NCBI GenBank assembly: GCA_049281435.1
Contig: JBAPSB010000371.1
Coordinates: 1-58,908, forward strand
DNA from: Desulfobacterales bacterium
GTDB lineage: Bacteria; Desulfobacterota; Desulfobacteria; Desulfobacterales; SG8-13
Length of the DNA stretch: 58,908 nucleotides
Reading direction: 5' to 3'
In this document: piece after piece, positions 57,101 to 58,908 of the stretch
Layout of the letters: each line of letters opens with the position of its first letter
How positions within the stretch are numbered: the stretch's first letter is position 1
Made by a program: the position numbers and the translations under genes
Notes under the pieces: model-generated
The model's database searches: none
What the model saw: the letters and a program-made list of their open reading frames with translations, nothing else
What the model was told of the DNA's origin: nothing

Positions 57101-58908
57101 ATGGTCCCCGAGACCCGTTTAAAGGTTGCCTTTTTCACCGTCGCCGTTCTCTTATGGGGACTGACGGCCGGTCCCGCCGCCGCCCCGTTCCGGGCCGGCG
57201 CTTCGATGTCCACCAAGCACGTTCTGGTTCTCTACTCACAGGACGGTCTGACCGTTCCGGCCTACCGGATGCTCCACGAGGCGATGAAAACGGTATTCGA
57301 TGCCGGGATTAAGGAACAGCTCTATCTTTTCAACGAATGCCTCGACCTCGCCCTTTTCCCCGCAGAGGTCGATCAGCGGCGCCTGGCCGAGTATTACCGC
57401 GCTAAATACACGCGGACCCATGTCGATGTCGTCGTGGCCGTGACGCTGCCGGCGCTGCGTTTCGCGTTGCAGCACAGGGAAACGGCATTTACCGGCCTGC
57501 CGATCGTCTTCTGCCTGCTCACCGCCGATGACCTGTCTACGTTGGGCCGCACCTCCAATGTCACCGGCGTCGCCCTGAAATTCGACATCGCCCGTACGAT
57601 CGAGATCGCCGGGAAGATTCAGCCCGGTCTGAAACGCCTGGCCATCGTGGCCGGGACGGGTCCGACAGACCGTTACCTGGTGCCGGTCGCCCGCCGGGCC
57701 TTCGCGGCCTTCGAAGGCAAACTGGAATGGATGGACCTGACGGGACTGCCGATGGGGGACCTTTTGGAGCGGGTTTCCCGGCTGCCGGCAGCGACGGCCA
57801 TATTGTTCCTGACCCTGGAGCAGGATGGCGCCGGAAACCAGTTTGTTTCCGTTGAAGCGCAGCAAATGGTCTCGCGGGCCGCCAATGCGCCGCTCTACAA
57901 CTTCATCGACATCAGCCTCGGTTACGGAAATGTCGGCGGATGCATGGCGTCGATCGAGGCCAACGGCCGCAAGGCGGCGGAGTTGGTGCTGCGGGTCCTC
58001 TCCGGTGAAAAAGCCGGAGAAATCGAACCGGTCATCCTGCACGACAATCCGGTCCTGTTCAACTGGGGCGAGCTGCGGCGCTGGGGCATCGCGGAGAGCG
58101 CCCTGCCGTCGGGCAGCATCGTGCGCTTCAAGCAGGCGTCCTTCTGGGAGTCTTATAAATGGTGGTTGGCCGGCATTTTGTCGTTTCTGATGTTCCAGAG
58201 TGTGCTCATCGTCGGAATGGCGATAAACCTTTCGAGGCGCAAGCGGGCCGAGGCGGCCTTGCGGCTCAGCGAGGCCAATCTGAAGAGCACTCAGCGAGTC
58301 GCGCGCATCGGCGGCTTCATATTCGATATTCAGCACGACACGCTGACGTGGGCTCAGGGGGCGCAGCAGGTTTTCGGGGTGCCGGCCGAATCGAAGCTCG
58401 GGTATAGGGAGTTCCTGCGGCTGGTCCACCCGGATGACCGCGAGTATGTGGATGCGATCTGGCAGGCGGCCCTGAAAGGGTCTGCCTTCGGCACTGAATA
58501 CCGCGTCAGTGTCGGCAACGATACCAGGTGGATCAAGTCGATGGCCGAAGTCGAATTCGACCGCCGGGGCCGGCCCCTGTTGGTGAAGGGGATCGTCCAG
58601 GACATTTCCGAACGAAAAAAGTCCGAAGAGAATGCGGCCCGGCTGCGCCACGATCTGGCGCACATGGCCCGGGTGTCGACGGTCGGTGAACTCAGCCAGA
58701 ACCTGGCCCACGAGGTCAACCAGCCGCTGGCGGCGATTGTCGTCAACGCCGAAGCGGCCCTGCGCCTGCTGGCGGAACCCGAGCCCGATGTCGCTGAAGT
58801 CCGCGAGGCCCTCGGGGACATCGTTGCGGATCAAAAGCGCGCACGGGATGTGGTCCAGCGCATTCGGGCGCTGGTGAAAAAAGAGCGGCCGGTGCAAGGG
58901 CCTGTCGA
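57101..58908 (+). CDS. Sensor histidine kinase, 3-prime partial (runs off the window)
   Basis: My own translation from the ATG at 57101: signal/TM MVPETRLKVAFFTVAVLLWG, a periplasmic substrate-binding-protein-like domain, TM YKWWLAGILSFLMF, PAS, and H-box LAHMARVSTVGELSQNLAHEVNQPL. The frame is open to the window end. Confidence 0.85.
   Translation, partial: MVPETRLKVAFFTVAVLLWGLTAGPAAAPFRAGASMSTKHVLVLYSQDGLTVPAYRMLHEAMKTVFDAGIKEQLYLFNECLDLALFPAEVDQRRLAEYYRAKYTRTHVDVVVAVTLPALRFALQHRETAFTGLPIVFCLLTADDLSTLGRTSNVTGVALKFDIARTIEIAGKIQPGLKRLAIVAGTGPTDRYLVPVARRAFAAFEGKLEWMDLTGLPMGDLLERVSRLPAATAILFLTLEQDGAGNQFVSVEAQQMVSRAANAPLYNFIDISLGYGNVGGCMASIEANGRKAAELVLRVLSGEKAGEIEPVILHDNPVLFNWGELRRWGIAESALPSGSIVRFKQASFWESYKWWLAGILSFLMFQSVLIVGMAINLSRRKRAEAALRLSEANLKSTQRVARIGGFIFDIQHDTLTWAQGAQQVFGVPAESKLGYREFLRLVHPDDREYVDAIWQAALKGSAFGTEYRVSVGNDTRWIKSMAEVEFDRRGRPLLVKGIVQDISERKKSEENAARLRHDLAHMARVSTVGELSQNLAHEVNQPLAAIVVNAEAALRLLAEPEPDVAEVREALGDIVADQKRARDVVQRIRALVKKERPVQGPV

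Noticed and set aside
57236-58897. 553-aa minus-strand ORF, the only long ORF the track lists in this region
   Set aside because: It is Arg/Gly/Asp/Pro-rich with no recognisable domains. It lies exactly antisense to a plus-strand frame that I translated as a well-formed sensor kinase (periplasmic domain, TM, PAS, H-box). That frame is missing from the track only because it has no stop before the window end. I treat the minus-strand ORF as a high-GC shadow ORF.

Overview
This is a 58.9-kb bacterial chromosomal window. It is G+C-rich by eye, except for an A+T-richer first ~1.3 kb. The gene content suggests a Desulfobacterota/deltaproteobacterium-like organism, which is inference only. I support about 50 protein genes and found no rRNA, tRNA or CRISPR array by eye. 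Blocks from left to right: (1) miscellaneous small genes (GNAT, YajD-type HNH, beta-hydroxyacid dehydrogenase, QueG-like Fe-S protein, SEC-C protein), a B12-binding radical SAM enzyme and a TPR protein. (2) An sdhA-sdhB pair with no adjacent membrane-anchor gene, then gamma-glutamyltransferase, MaoC and a YkoF-like protein. (3) A signalling cluster of hybrid kinases, a sigma-54 (NtrC-type) activator, a candidate sigma-54 promoter and a lone receiver, followed by an M1 aminopeptidase. (4) A 13.5-kb respiratory supercluster: Alternative Complex III (actB-C-D-F-A) followed directly by a cbb3-type oxidase (ccoN, ccoO-c fusion, ccoS, two tiny membrane proteins, cytochrome c, ccoI ATPase). (5) prkA-yeaH-spoVR plus a second, divergent PrkA-like gene. 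(6) A translationally coupled operon of a NosL-like protein, a MacB/FtsX-type ABC transporter and a cysteine-studded polytopic membrane protein, with a separate Cys-rich 63-aa ORF and a divergent DsbD_2-like gene. (7) ubiE/menG and two more sensor kinases. Intergenic DNA, including gaps inside operons, is filled with at least three families of long imperfect-palindrome (MITE/REP-like) repeats and with 8-nt-periodic AAC-rich arrays. My best candidates for an undescribed system are the NosL/ABC/Cys-membrane operon and the four-gene PrkA module whose extra paralogue is bracketed by inverted repeat copies. All family calls come from motif recognition by eye, with no database search.
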